Source: Minisyncoccia bacterium
Lineage (GTDB): Bacteria; Patescibacteriota; Minisyncoccia; Phycocordibacterales; UBA918
DNA: 64,000 nucleotides
Direction of reading: 5' to 3'
Assembly (NCBI GenBank): GCA_041750655.1
Contig: JBGSYZ010000017.1
Span: 68,142-132,141, forward strand
Positions 1 through 9,768 of the stretch are shown here, one piece after another. The stretch's first letter is position 1, and every line of letters begins with the position of its first letter. The notes beneath the pieces were generated by a model. That model had not been told where the DNA came from. It did no database searches and worked only from the letters and a program-made list of their open reading frames with translations. The position numbers were made by a program, and so were the translations under genes.

Positions 1-669
1 GGCGGTTACCAAGATGAGAGTAAGAATATCTGTCGTGGGTGTAATAATTGCGCACGCTACAATTATTGCCAAGTAGACAGAAGAGCGATTTTTGGTAATC
101 ATTGTCGGTTGTATAATATTCATCGAGATTGTTGCCATCAGAAAAAGAGGTATCTGAAAAATTGCCACAAGAATAATCGTAGTACTTAAAATAAAATTTA
201 GGTACCCTTGCGCTGTGAAAGCAATAACTGTTCCCGGTATTACGATGCTGTTCATAAATTTTAGAATCAATGGTACAACGACCATGTATGAGTAACCTCC
301 CGCAGTAATACTTAAAAGCATAGAGGCAGTAAAAACCAGCATTATTTGCCACCAGACTATGGTGACAGCCGGTGATACATATCGCCACAATAAAATAGTT
401 GTTATTGGTAGGCACAAAATAACACCAAAAATAAAATCAATCTTAAGTATGAAATACAGTGGGTCAAGAGGTGAAAGAAATTGTAGTGCAGAAATTGTTT
501 TACCGAGTGGGTGTAATAAAAAACCTATGAGTTCATTTCTGAAGTAGTGGACCACAGAAACACACACTAAAAAAAAGCCAATGATATACAAGAGAACCTT
601 TCTGAAAGCAGCTATATGTTCCCAGACACTTAATAAGTCGTCTTCACTAACCTTGGGATGTTGTGTCAT
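1..669 (-). CDS. tatC: Sec-independent protein translocase TatC (partial, runs off left edge)
   Basis: Minus-strand translation gives MTQHPKVSEDDLLSVWEHIAAFRKVLLYIIGFF followed by multiple TM segments, matching the TatC N-terminal consensus (W.HL.ELR.RL). It overlaps the tatA stop by about 23 nt. Confidence 0.6.
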   Translation of the reverse strand, partial: MTQHPKVSEDDLLSVWEHIAAFRKVLLYIIGFFLVCVSVVHYFRNELIGFLLHPLGKTISALQFLSPLDPLYFILKIDFIFGVILCLPITTILLWRYVSPAVTIVWWQIMLVFTASMLLSITAGGYSYMVVVPLILKFMNSIVIPGTVIAFTAQGYLNFILSTTIILVAIFQIPLFLMATISMNIIQPTMITKNRSSVYLAIIVACAIITPTTDILTLILVTA

Positions 670-853
670 CAATAGAGGATTTTGTTGATTCCGCACCTGT
701 TTTTGGGGACACTTGAGTAAGGCCATCCTTTAATTCCCGAATTGATGTCCCAATCGAACGAAACAGTCCAGGTAACCTATCTTTACCAAAAAATAGTAAT
801 ACTATAAGCGCTATAAGTATAAGTTCTGGCAGTCCTAAACCAAATATTTGCAT
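647..853 (-). CDS. tatA: Sec-independent translocase TatA/E
   Basis: 68 aa: MQIFGLGLPELILIALIVLLFFGKDRLPGLFRSIGTSIRELK. This is the typical TatA TM helix, hinge Gly and amphipathic helix. Confidence 0.8.
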   Translation of the reverse strand: MQIFGLGLPELILIALIVLLFFGKDRLPGLFRSIGTSIRELKDGLTQVSPKTGAESTKSSIDDTTSQG

Positions 854-1215
854 ATCGTTGATTATAGCTCAGTAAACAAAAAAGGTCACTCCTTTAGTTG
901 TACGTAAGCAAGAGCTGTGCACAGTATGGTCATGTACATCTTTTATATGGGTAGGTAATATAAGTTAAATTAAGCCTTATTTTATGTCAGATTTAAACGA
1001 AAAAATTTCCCGAAAACAATTTTTACAAAAAGGTGCGTTGACAATATTTAGTTTTTTATTTGTAAGCTCTGCGATTTGGAATATTGCAAAGCCCGACAAA
1101 TCCAAAAAAGGCTATAGTGAGGGTTCATATGGGGGGTAGTTTTGTTTAACAATTCTGGTCCAATTACGGCACACAATTATTCTCAGGTCTGTGATAGTCT
1201 AGTTTAGATTATAGT

Positions 1216-2010
1216 ATGTTTATAAAAAAGTTTTTTTTAGTGGTTTTGGTACTCGTATTTTTTACACGAGCGCCACTTTTATATGCGCAGTATGGATCAG
1301 GTGATTATGGTACCGGTGTGTATGCTGATTCAGAAGCCACTTCATCCTCTTCCGTTAGTTCTAATACTACCCGTTCTTCAGCACACGCAAACATTGCAAT
1401 TTCATCAACACCAGCAACTCCACAATCGTTTCGCTTCACTAAAAATATCTCGTTTGTTACACCTCAAATAAATGATAGTAACGAAGTTGCACAACTCGAA
1501 TCTTTTCTTAATGAATACGAAGGAGAGCATTTGAATGTAAATGGAATATACGACATTGAAGATGTTGCCGCTGTAAAGCGTTTTCAGACAAAATATCGTA
1601 CGGCAGTTTTAGATGTGTGGAAACTACCTGAAGCCACTGGGTATGTAGGTATCACTACTCGGTTAAAAATTAATTCACTACTGCAAAAGACGACAGCCGT
1701 CTGTCCGGCTTTCACTGAGTACAACGGTGGTATTACCGGAATATTTCAGTCTGAAGAAGTTGCTAAGACTCAGAAAATGCTTCAATCTCTCGATCTATAC
1801 ACCGGTAACATTAGTGGATTCTGGGATTATTCTACACACCTAGCTATGGTTTCATTTCAGGAAAAATTCCACGAGGCAATGTTAGATCCGTGGCAACTTA
1901 CAAGCGGTACTGGTTATAAATATAAGACGACAAATAAGTTTTTAAATTATTTGGCCGGTTGTGATGAAGGTGCTGTTGACCTAGATGGCGCTGGAACTTT
2001 TGATTTCTAA
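1216..2010 (+). CDS. Secreted protein with two peptidoglycan-binding (PG_binding_1-like) repeats
   Basis: N-terminal signal peptide (FLVVLVLVFFTRAPLLYA) and a Ser/Thr-rich linker. Two repeats resemble PG-binding domains (VAAVKRFQTKY...GYVGITTRLKINSLL and VAKTQKMLQSLDLYTGNISGFWDYSTHLAMVSFQ). No catalytic domain was recognised. Confidence 0.5.
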   Translation: MFIKKFFLVVLVLVFFTRAPLLYAQYGSGDYGTGVYADSEATSSSSVSSNTTRSSAHANIAISSTPATPQSFRFTKNISFVTPQINDSNEVAQLESFLNEYEGEHLNVNGIYDIEDVAAVKRFQTKYRTAVLDVWKLPEATGYVGITTRLKINSLLQKTTAVCPAFTEYNGGITGIFQSEEVAKTQKMLQSLDLYTGNISGFWDYSTHLAMVSFQEKFHEAMLDPWQLTSGTGYKYKTTNKFLNYLAGCDEGAVDLDGAGTFDF

Positions 2011-2061
2011 CACAGTATCGTATAATGCTTATTAAGGTTACTAATTTACTTATTTTGTTAC

Positions 2062-2268
2062 ATGGCTCTTCCAACACCAGGCTCAGATAACGGCACATGG
2101 GGCACTATCCTCAACAACTTTTTGCTCGTATCACATAATACAGACGGGACTGTCAAAGATGGTGCTGCTATTAAATCTTCAACAGTTAATCAGGTCGTGA
2201 CTTTGTCGCAAGCAGCGTATGATGCGCTTACTCCTAGTTCTGATACTCTCTACATAATCACCAGCTAA
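2062..2268 (+). CDS. Small hypothetical protein, possible phage structural (tail-fibre-like) N-terminal module
   Basis: 68 aa with no signal peptide. It lies 11 nt upstream of the 1160-aa protein in a different frame. Composition is Gly/Thr/Asn-rich. Confidence 0.3.
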   Translation: MALPTPGSDNGTWGTILNNFLLVSHNTDGTVKDGAAIKSSTVNQVVTLSQAAYDALTPSSDTLYIITS

Positions 2269-2279
2269 GTTGGAACTTT

Positions 2280-5200
2280 ATGGCAATTAATTTTGGTGGC
2301 GGAGGAGAACCAGGGCGAATTTACTTAGGAAGTAACCAAGTAAACAAAATTTTTTTTGGGAGTACTGAAGTGTGGCCAACTTCACAAACGATATTTGATC
2401 AGGTAGAAGGTTTACGGTATCAGACAACCGCTAATGGTCGAAGTAGCAGCAACACGCTTAAAGTGCCTGGTGTCGACGCCTTGCCAAGTGGTATCAGTAT
2501 TTCTGGCTCTTTAATTAATGTCACTTCTTACACTGGTGATCTAACAGATTGGGATTTTCGTAACTACACTCTGACAATTAAAAGTAGCATGGGCACCATT
2601 AGTCAGTGTCTGTTTGGTGAAACCTCAGTTACGGGTATTTTTTCTTATCTGGATGTGTATACGACTGGCTCGGTCGCCTTGGTTGAGTACTGTGATTTTA
2701 CTGGACCATTTACCTACGGAGGAGCTGGAACAGCTATTAACACCCGGGTATCAGGAACCGGTGTCTCTGTAGTGGTGGGGGAGATAACTGATATTAACCG
2801 GTGCCGTTTTACCGGGCTCGGATCAGATGCTATTAAGGCAGGTGGCGGCCAGACTGCAGCAGGAGAACGTATCCGGTGGTGCTACTTTGGTGCTCCGGTG
2901 AACTTACCATTTTTGCCCGCTGCCTGGAGTTCAGCGACTACCTACAATACGGGTGACTGGGTCTACCATACCAATACAAACTACGTATTTCGGAGTTTAA
3001 CTGACAACAATCTGAACAATACTCCACCTACATCTAAAACTGATAACGCTTTTTGGGAAAATATAGACCCACACTCAGACGCTATTACCGTGTTTGTCGC
3101 TATCAATAAAGTTTCGATCGAAAACTGTCTTATCGACATGACCGAAGATCCAGTTGGTGTGTATGGCCCCTATCCAGCCATTGGTCTTAACAACGCTTTT
3201 CGTATTGCACGCAACACAAATGCAAATGATTTACGATTTGATGAGGTTGTAGTACAGGAGTGTGTAGTGCGCACCAGTGCCACCAGTACTTCTTACCCAA
3301 TTGATGTGTATGACAGTAGTCAGCCAAATTTCAATGGTCCTATCCGCTTTGTAGCTTCTTGGATGGAACCATCATCAACAAATAATTATTTTCATCCCAA
3401 TGCTAATGGTTTGGTACAGGAGTGGATAAATATGCGAGATATCGCTACTGGTAATCTTATCGCGGCCCCAACTGGGGCAACCATTACGAGCGGTATCAGT
3501 ACTCCGCTGGTTTTGACTGAGCTGCCACGGGATAAGATGATCATCGATGCTGAAATTATTTTTGGCAACAATCAAGCGAGGTTAACACTTAGTGGGACAG
3601 CTGAAGCTGGTGAAGTTATCCAAGGCTATGATAATGGTGCCGACTCGTGGTCAGATATTGCCACTGCCGACGGTGCTGGTGATTGGTCAGGTGAGCTGTT
3701 GGTGACAAACGTCGACGGTGCTGCGTGGCGTACAGCCCAGGTGCGTTACAAGAATGATCCGAGTCAGACCGCCACTTCCACAAATACATTCTCCCCGGGT
3801 GTTGTTTTCGCATTCTTAAGCCAATCCGAACTCCAGCAAGCCATCCAGTCGTTTCAGGATCAGTCAGCCGCTATTGCTATTCAGGATGATGATATTTTAC
3901 AAATGGTAGTCGTGGACGATGATACTGCTGTCACTCCGAGTCTCACTCACTATCATGTTACGCAAGCAAATAAAGATAGCCAGTCTGGTTTTGTAGGGGC
4001 AACCCCGAAAATAACAAACAGTGTCGCTGCTCTCGCCAACGTTCTCAGCAACAATGCTCCAGGTCGACGTTTTCTCTTTCTCGACATGATGCATTCTGGA
4101 ACCAGTCGGGTTGATTTAGGTAATGATTCTGATACTGATCGATACTGGACACACTTGCAAGCGATGATTGACTGGGTGAGAAATAACGGTTCTGACGTCG
4201 GAGTTGTATACGAAATGTGGTACGCCGCTGACCGTGGTCAACAGTTTAAGGAACGGTTTGCGCCACTGTACTTCGGACAAGACTGGGCAGGTAGTACTTT
4301 TACACTCGGCACTACCCATAGTTTAATTTCAGCTGTTGTTGACCATTGCTATTTTGACCTCGACACTACGGCCGATGACTTTGGCCGAGGCGTGTTTAGA
4401 CGCGATCGCACAAAATTTGTTCAAGCATCGACTAACTTTTTTGCCAGTACTAGCGATCTTTCTAACGCTGAAACAGTAGCTTCAGATAGTTCGTCTGCGT
4501 ATGATCTGGTAAATGCCCGTCGGACACGTGAAGATCTTGATTTATTCCATCAAGATTCGCGTACTCAAGAGTGTTTTGCACCGTTAAGTATTGACCCAAT
4601 CTGCGTACGACAGGGAGAGTTTAGTGGCACCTGGTCTGATACGTCTCACCCAAGTGATGATGATCCAGACGGACTGCCTCTTATGTATCGTCATGCGGCC
4701 GTTGCTATTTTGCACGCACTCGGTGATATTTCATTTACAATTCCAACGTGGGAAATGACTACACTGGATGCCTCGGGCAACTATGTAGAATTCCAAGCCA
4801 GTGGTGGAGCTGGTACGTTGACTACGTTGCGACTACAGAGAGCAGAAGCAGCTATTACCGGACAGCCACACTACACCGAGGTGATGGGCTTTGAGATAGA
4901 CCAAGGAAGTGGTTTTGTTGCCTCAGGCTTTACGGCAACTGTCGTTGATGATACGAACCGTATCGTTCGAATTACACCGGACACACCGTTTGTTAATAAT
5001 GATGCAGTTCGTTTTGGGTGGGGAGGAAGCACAGGACACCGTATCTATCAAACTGATTTTACCAATGAGGTATACAAAAATGTCCCCATTATTGACTACA
5101 GCTTACCTGAATATCCTGGAGTTCCAGTAGCGCCGTATCCGAGGTCAGATAACTACACAGTCTCTGGTTTGTCTGGCGGTGGTGGCGGGGCAGTGACCTT

Positions 5201-5762
5201 CACTACCAGTGCCACTGGTCCGTATTTCTTAGATCCAGTAGCTTTTGGGGCAAACACTGGTAAATTGTTCCAGAGTGTAAAAGCTAGTATCACGACTCCA
5301 GCGGCAGCTGTCACACTGGGACTTATCAACGGAACCTACTACCGGCTTGAGGCTTTGCCAAATGGCTCTTTGCGTATAAACGTTAAGGACAGTGGAAACG
5401 TGGTGTTGGCGAGCAATGTCACTTCAGCGGCTGGAGCGCTGTCTTATTCAGGAACAGCTATAATAACTGTCTCCGTTGATTTGGTTAGTCAATATGCGCG
5501 AGTGTATGTCAACGGTACTAACGTCATCGATCAAGCCTTGGCTGCTAACACAGGTCTATTTCCTACCACATCTCGAGTGTTATCAGCCTTAGCTACGAAT
5601 GCTGGAGCCAACCAGACAACCGCAACGGTTGAGTACATAAAATACTGGAAAGACGCTACCACTGATGGTACTGAACCGTTGACGACCGAATACAAGTCGA
5701 TTGTCGGTCCAGCCGCTACCGCAAATGCCGATTCGTGGAAGTTGGGTGCTGACGCTACATAA
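2280..5762 (+). CDS. Large (1160 aa) Thr/Ser/Gly/Asn-rich beta-rich protein without signal peptide; putative phage tail fibre/structural protein or surface adhesin
   Basis: Uninterrupted 3.5-kb ORF. The N-terminus MAINFGGGGEPGRIYLG is not hydrophobic. The composition is typical of fibre or adhesin proteins. A terminator follows. Confidence 0.4.
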   Translation: MAINFGGGGEPGRIYLGSNQVNKIFFGSTEVWPTSQTIFDQVEGLRYQTTANGRSSSNTLKVPGVDALPSGISISGSLINVTSYTGDLTDWDFRNYTLTIKSSMGTISQCLFGETSVTGIFSYLDVYTTGSVALVEYCDFTGPFTYGGAGTAINTRVSGTGVSVVVGEITDINRCRFTGLGSDAIKAGGGQTAAGERIRWCYFGAPVNLPFLPAAWSSATTYNTGDWVYHTNTNYVFRSLTDNNLNNTPPTSKTDNAFWENIDPHSDAITVFVAINKVSIENCLIDMTEDPVGVYGPYPAIGLNNAFRIARNTNANDLRFDEVVVQECVVRTSATSTSYPIDVYDSSQPNFNGPIRFVASWMEPSSTNNYFHPNANGLVQEWINMRDIATGNLIAAPTGATITSGISTPLVLTELPRDKMIIDAEIIFGNNQARLTLSGTAEAGEVIQGYDNGADSWSDIATADGAGDWSGELLVTNVDGAAWRTAQVRYKNDPSQTATSTNTFSPGVVFAFLSQSELQQAIQSFQDQSAAIAIQDDDILQMVVVDDDTAVTPSLTHYHVTQANKDSQSGFVGATPKITNSVAALANVLSNNAPGRRFLFLDMMHSGTSRVDLGNDSDTDRYWTHLQAMIDWVRNNGSDVGVVYEMWYAADRGQQFKERFAPLYFGQDWAGSTFTLGTTHSLISAVVDHCYFDLDTTADDFGRGVFRRDRTKFVQASTNFFASTSDLSNAETVASDSSSAYDLVNARRTREDLDLFHQDSRTQECFAPLSIDPICVRQGEFSGTWSDTSHPSDDDPDGLPLMYRHAAVAILHALGDISFTIPTWEMTTLDASGNYVEFQASGGAGTLTTLRLQRAEAAITGQPHYTEVMGFEIDQGSGFVASGFTATVVDDTNRIVRITPDTPFVNNDAVRFGWGGSTGHRIYQTDFTNEVYKNVPIIDYSLPEYPGVPVAPYPRSDNYTVSGLSGGGGGAVTFTTSATGPYFLDPVAFGANTGKLFQSVKASITTPAAAVTLGLINGTYYRLEALPNGSLRINVKDSGNVVLASNVTSAAGALSYSGTAIITVSVDLVSQYARVYVNGTNVIDQALAANTGLFPTTSRVLSALATNAGANQTTATVEYIKYWKDATTDGTEPLTTEYKSIVGPAATANADSWKLGADAT

Positions 5763-5767
5763 GTATA

Positions 5768-5800
5768 GAAAAAGCCACTGACAAAGTCCGTGGCTTTTTC
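5768..5800 (+). terminator. Rho-independent terminator after the 1160-aa gene
   Basis: aaagccac-tgacaaagtcc-gtggcttttt: stem plus T-run. Confidence 0.6.
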
Positions 5801-5852
5801 TATTCAAGGTATTATAGGTGTAATTAAAAATAAAAAATCACCTCACCCGTGC

Positions 5853-6392
5853 TTAACGGGTAAGGTGAATATTATGATGAGATTGAGGCCGAGGTTCGAC
5901 AAAGACGAACAACTCTTCATCCTCATCAAGAAGGATTTTTTGAAGTGCTCGCTCGAAACGAGCGAAGCCGCGAGCGCCACCAGCGACGCTCATACATCCT
6001 AGACCACTAGCGGGGCCAGCGTGAATGAGGATGTGTTGGCGTTCGATTGGTCCAGTACCTGTGAGGGAATATTGTCGTTGACACCAAGACTCATAGAGTC
6101 GAAGCGAAAACCCGTTTCTTTTTGGGTAGACAATTTTACCTCGGTAAGGTGTACACGTCCGGTTGGGTGGGCATTCTCCACCTTTGCGATAGCGAATTTT
6201 CTTTTTCCCAAAAACAATCAGTGCTGAGTCACGGGTGACCGCGAACGTAAACCGAGACGCCCGGTCGGTATCGTCTAGCAATTCAGCGAAATACGTTGGA
6301 ACCATCCGCTTTTGACCTCGTTTACCAAGCTTTTCGTACTGAATAGTTTTACCCACAATACGTGCTGTAATTACAATGTATTTCATCGACAC
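5853..6392 (-). CDS. Hypothetical protein with Cys/His cluster (C-x5-C ... H-x3-H), possible small nuclease/zinc-ribbon protein
   Basis: 179-aa ORF. Motifs GGECPPNRTCTPYRG and HILIHAGP. The C-terminal 50 aa are encoded by unusually GC-rich DNA. No confident family assignment. Confidence 0.3.
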   Translation of the reverse strand: MSMKYIVITARIVGKTIQYEKLGKRGQKRMVPTYFAELLDDTDRASRFTFAVTRDSALIVFGKKKIRYRKGGECPPNRTCTPYRGKIVYPKRNGFSLRLYESWCQRQYSLTGTGPIERQHILIHAGPASGLGCMSVAGGARGFARFERALQKILLDEDEELFVFVEPRPQSHHNIHLTR

Positions 6393-6468
6393 CTCCTTTC
6401 TGATAATAAATTATCACAATTTAAGGGTTTGTGCGATTAAATCTTTTTTCAGGTAGAATAGGGGGACT

Positions 6469-8205
6469 ATGAGTGATGCAGTACAGCAGATAAAGGAAAA
6501 ACTCACGATTGAAGAGGTAATCGCACCCTACGTAGAGCTACATAAAGCCGGTAAAAACTTCAAAGGCAAATCGCCTTTTACGGCTGAAAAAACGCCTTCT
6601 TTCTATGTGTCACCGGATCGGGGAATGTATTATTGCTTCTCGAGCAATCAAGGGGGAGATATGTTCACGTTTATCCAAGCGATGGAAGGGGTGGATTTTA
6701 AAGGAGCTCTTAGAATACTGGCGGAGAAAGCAGGAGTGGAGTTGGTGCCAGAAGATCCTAAAAAACGTACCGAAAGAGAAACTAAGTATGCGGCCTTAGA
6801 GGCAGCGACAAAGTTTTACGAAGCACAGTTGGAAGCGGCGGGCGGCGAAGCCGCCCGCACCTACCTCACGAAGCGGGGAGTGACAGAGAAAACCAAACAG
6901 CTGTGGCGCATTGGCTTTGCACCAGACGAATGGCGGGCGATAAAAACTGAACTTGAAGCTAGAAAGTTCACAGAAGGCATTATGCGTGCTGCCGGTCTTA
7001 CCAAAGGTGAGGAAGGCCGCGAACCATATGATGTTTTTCGCAATCGAATTTTGTTTCCAATCTTTGATGCATCTGGACGTGTAGTGGCCTTTTCCGGTCG
7101 CACACTTAGTACTGATGCAGAAACTCCTAAGTACGTAAATTCGCCTGAGACAGAGCTTTTTAATAAATCAGAAATCTTGTATGGGTACGATAAGGCTAAA
7201 AACGGTATTAGAAAATTTGACTTCAGTTTGATTGTGGAAGGACAGTTCGATGTGGTACTGTCGCACCAGACAGGCTATAACAACGCAGTGGCAGTATCAG
7301 GTACAGCGGTCACTGGGGCCCATGTAAATCTACTTGGTCGTTTGTCCAACCGGGTGGTGTTGGCACTTGATGCCGATAGGGCAGGTCTCGGGGCTGTTAA
7401 AAAAGCGGCAGGTATTATGTTGCCAAGAGGTATGGACGTAAAAGTAGCAGCTATGCCAGAAGGGAAAGATCCGGCCGATATCATTACTGAAGATGCTGCT
7501 AAATTTAAAAAAATTATTGGCCAGTCGGTCCATGTGGTAGAACACCTTTTGAACGTACTCGAAAGTAACAGCAAAGATGAGCGAACTTTTAAGATTGCGG
7601 TGCGCGAAGAGTTGTTGCCACTTATGCTCCGTATTCCAAGTCTTATTGACCGCGAACATTTTGAAGGTTTAATCGCGGAGCGATTAAAAACTACCAAAGA
7701 TGGTATTCACCAGGAACTTAAGCGTATGGAAGAGACTCAAAAAGAAAAGACTGTCGAAAAAACCGAAACTCTTGTAGTAACTACAGAGGTAAAGCCGGAA
7801 GTGGTAAGCTCTGAGAGAAAAAGTGAATTGATTGCCTATTTGATAGTAGTTAAAGATTTATTAGTACCCAAAGTAGCTGCACAGGTAGAAACACATTTTC
7901 AAGAAATTACCGGCCATACTTTAAATGAAGCTCTGGAAATGATTGATAAAACTCGTCTCGGGCGACTAGCTTTCACTATTGAATCAACTGAAGAAAACTT
8001 ACAAGAAAAAGAAAAGTTGGCTGATATAGGGGATAAGCTCACCGAATTACGGACAATAATCACAAAATCTGGTTTGTTTACACTCAGACAAGAGATGGCC
8101 GAGGCGGAAAAAAAGGGGGAAGCCGACGAAGCCACTAAAAAGTTAGAAATGCTCCAAAAACTCCAGCAAAACCTTATTAAAGAACCAATAGTTATTAATA
8201 TTTAA
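6469..8205 (+). CDS. dnaG: DNA primase DnaG (zinc-ribbon ligands largely substituted)
   Basis: Signature EKTPSFYVSPDRGMYYCFSSNQGGD (primase zinc-binding region) and TOPRIM motifs (LIVEGQFDVVLSHQTGYNNAVAVSGTA; VVLALDADRAGLGA). The canonical CPFH...HCFGCG is replaced by SPFT...YCFSSN. Confidence 0.9.
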   Translation: MSDAVQQIKEKLTIEEVIAPYVELHKAGKNFKGKSPFTAEKTPSFYVSPDRGMYYCFSSNQGGDMFTFIQAMEGVDFKGALRILAEKAGVELVPEDPKKRTERETKYAALEAATKFYEAQLEAAGGEAARTYLTKRGVTEKTKQLWRIGFAPDEWRAIKTELEARKFTEGIMRAAGLTKGEEGREPYDVFRNRILFPIFDASGRVVAFSGRTLSTDAETPKYVNSPETELFNKSEILYGYDKAKNGIRKFDFSLIVEGQFDVVLSHQTGYNNAVAVSGTAVTGAHVNLLGRLSNRVVLALDADRAGLGAVKKAAGIMLPRGMDVKVAAMPEGKDPADIITEDAAKFKKIIGQSVHVVEHLLNVLESNSKDERTFKIAVREELLPLMLRIPSLIDREHFEGLIAERLKTTKDGIHQELKRMEETQKEKTVEKTETLVVTTEVKPEVVSSERKSELIAYLIVVKDLLVPKVAAQVETHFQEITGHTLNEALEMIDKTRLGRLAFTIESTEENLQEKEKLADIGDKLTELRTIITKSGLFTLRQEMAEAEKKGEADEATKKLEMLQKLQQNLIKEPIVINI

Positions 8206-8259
8206 AGCTGATCTAAAAGGCTAGACTTTATTAAGATTTCAGGTATAGTTACCGACATT

Positions 8260-9567
8260 ATGGCTGCCAAAAAAGCACCTAAAAAAGCAGTAAAAAAAGT
8301 CGCCAAAAAAGCGACCACGAAGGCCACGAAAAAGGTAGTGAAGAAAACTACAAAAAAAACAACGGCCAAGAAAACAACCAAAAAAGTAGCAAAGAAGACT
8401 ACAAAAAAAGCGGTTAAGAAAGTTTCGAAGGCCGCACCTAAAAAAGCTGTTAAAAAGACAGCCAAAAAAGTTACCAAAAAATTAACCAAGTCTCAAAAAG
8501 AACTGCGCGATAAAGCGGCAGTTTTGATGCAGATGGGTCGCGATCGTGGGTATATTACGTATGATGAGATTTTGCGTTCCTTCCCAGAGATTGAAAAGAA
8601 TGTATCTTTCTTAGAGGAAATGTATGAAAATTTCGCTACCGCCGGTATCGATGTTTTTGAAAGCGGCGGGATGCTGGGGGCTGATCCTAGCGTAGAGCTT
8701 CTAGAGCGAAAGAATTCGTATCGCCGTAATGATTCAGGGTACGATTCTATCCAGATGTACTTACGTGAAATCGGGCAATACCCGCTTTTGACCGCTCAGC
8801 AAGAACGAGATTTAGCAAAGCGAATTTTAGATGAAGATGAAGAAGCTCGCAATTTGTTGGCTCGCGCTAACCTGCGTTTGGTGGTGTCTATCGCCAAGAA
8901 GTATGTCGGCCGTTCTCCAGATTTAACCTTACTCGACTTGATTCAAGAAGGAAACCTCGGACTCTTTAAGGCCGTTGATAAATTCGATCACACGAAAGGC
9001 TTTAAGTTTTCTACGTATGCTACCTGGTGGATTCGCCAAGCTATTACCCGAGCATTGGCTGATCAGTCACGAACAATTCGTATTCCAGTGCACATGGTAG
9101 AAACGATGGCTAAATACAAGCAGGTTTCTCGCCGGCTTGCTCAAGATTTTGGTCGCGACCCAATGCCAGAAGAGATTGCGGTAGAAATGGGTGTTGAGGT
9201 AGAGAAGATTTACCAAATTGAGAAAATTTCTCAAGATACTATTTCACTGGAACTTCCAATTGGTAGCGATGACGATGATCGTTCTCGTTTGTCTGATTTT
9301 ATTGCTGACGACAAGATTGTCTCGCCAGACCAAGAAGTGGCCCATAGTATCCTGACTGATCAAATCACTGAAATTCTTGATTCGCTTTCAGAGAAAGAGC
9401 GAAAGATTTTGGAGATGCGCCACGGACTCTTAGATGGTACGTTCCATACTTTGGAAGAAGTAGGGAAGGAGTTTGGTGTGACGCGCGAGCGTATTCGGCA
9501 GATAGAAGCCAAAGCACTCGAAAAGATACGACAACACGAAAAAGCTCGACGTCTAAAATCCTACTAA
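8260..9567 (+). CDS. rpoD: RNA polymerase sigma-70 factor RpoD with about 77-aa N-terminal lysine/alanine-rich (histone H1-like) extension
   Basis: Region 2 ([42 protein letters not shown]) and region 4.2 ([21 protein letters not shown]) are present. The N-terminus is a (K-K-x-x-K-K-A/V/T)n repeat. The dnaG-rpoD order is the conserved arrangement. Confidence 0.9.
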   Translation: MAAKKAPKKAVKKVAKKATTKATKKVVKKTTKKTTAKKTTKKVAKKTTKKAVKKVSKAAPKKAVKKTAKKVTKKLTKSQKELRDKAAVLMQMGRDRGYITYDEILRSFPEIEKNVSFLEEMYENFATAGIDVFESGGMLGADPSVELLERKNSYRRNDSGYDSIQMYLREIGQYPLLTAQQERDLAKRILDEDEEARNLLARANLRLVVSIAKKYVGRSPDLTLLDLIQEGNLGLFKAVDKFDHTKGFKFSTYATWWIRQAITRALADQSRTIRIPVHMVETMAKYKQVSRRLAQDFGRDPMPEEIAVEMGVEVEKIYQIEKISQDTISLELPIGSDDDDRSRLSDFIADDKIVSPDQEVAHSILTDQITEILDSLSEKERKILEMRHGLLDGTFHTLEEVGKEFGVTRERIRQIEAKALEKIRQHEKARRLKSY

Positions 9568-9576
9568 AGTCCCAAA

Positions 9577-9611
9577 ACGAGCGATCTGCTTCGTCGCTCG
9601 TTCGAAAAATG
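9577..9611 (+). terminator. Putative terminator after rpoD
   Basis: aacgagcga-tctgcttcg-tcgctcgtt: a 9-bp stem followed by an A/T-rich tail. Confidence 0.45.
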
Positions 9612-9768
9612 ATGTTCACTGGACATTGGTCCCACTCGCATCATTTTTCTCCTGCTCCTCGCAGCTCATCTCGTTTTGAAACTTCAGTGGCGAGTAGAGG
9701 AAGTGGGTAATAACTTATAAAAGCTGGCTGACTTTTAGGTCAACGGCTTTTGTTATACTGTTCAGACT

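Noticed and set aside
359-547. 62-aa plus-strand ORF
   Set aside because: It lies antisense inside the TatC coding region. The TatC reading has clear family signatures.
3375-4319. Several 65-67-aa minus-strand ORFs inside the 1160-aa gene, and similar short antisense ORFs inside atpA, atpD, xfp, ackA and the helicase-nuclease
   Set aside because: They are embedded antisense in long, well-supported coding regions. They are typical six-frame noise.
8202-8489. 95-aa Phe/Leu/Val-rich minus-strand ORF
   Set aside because: It is the antisense reading of the lysine-codon repeat (aaa/aag read as ttt/ctt) in the RpoD N-terminal extension. It has no independent signals.
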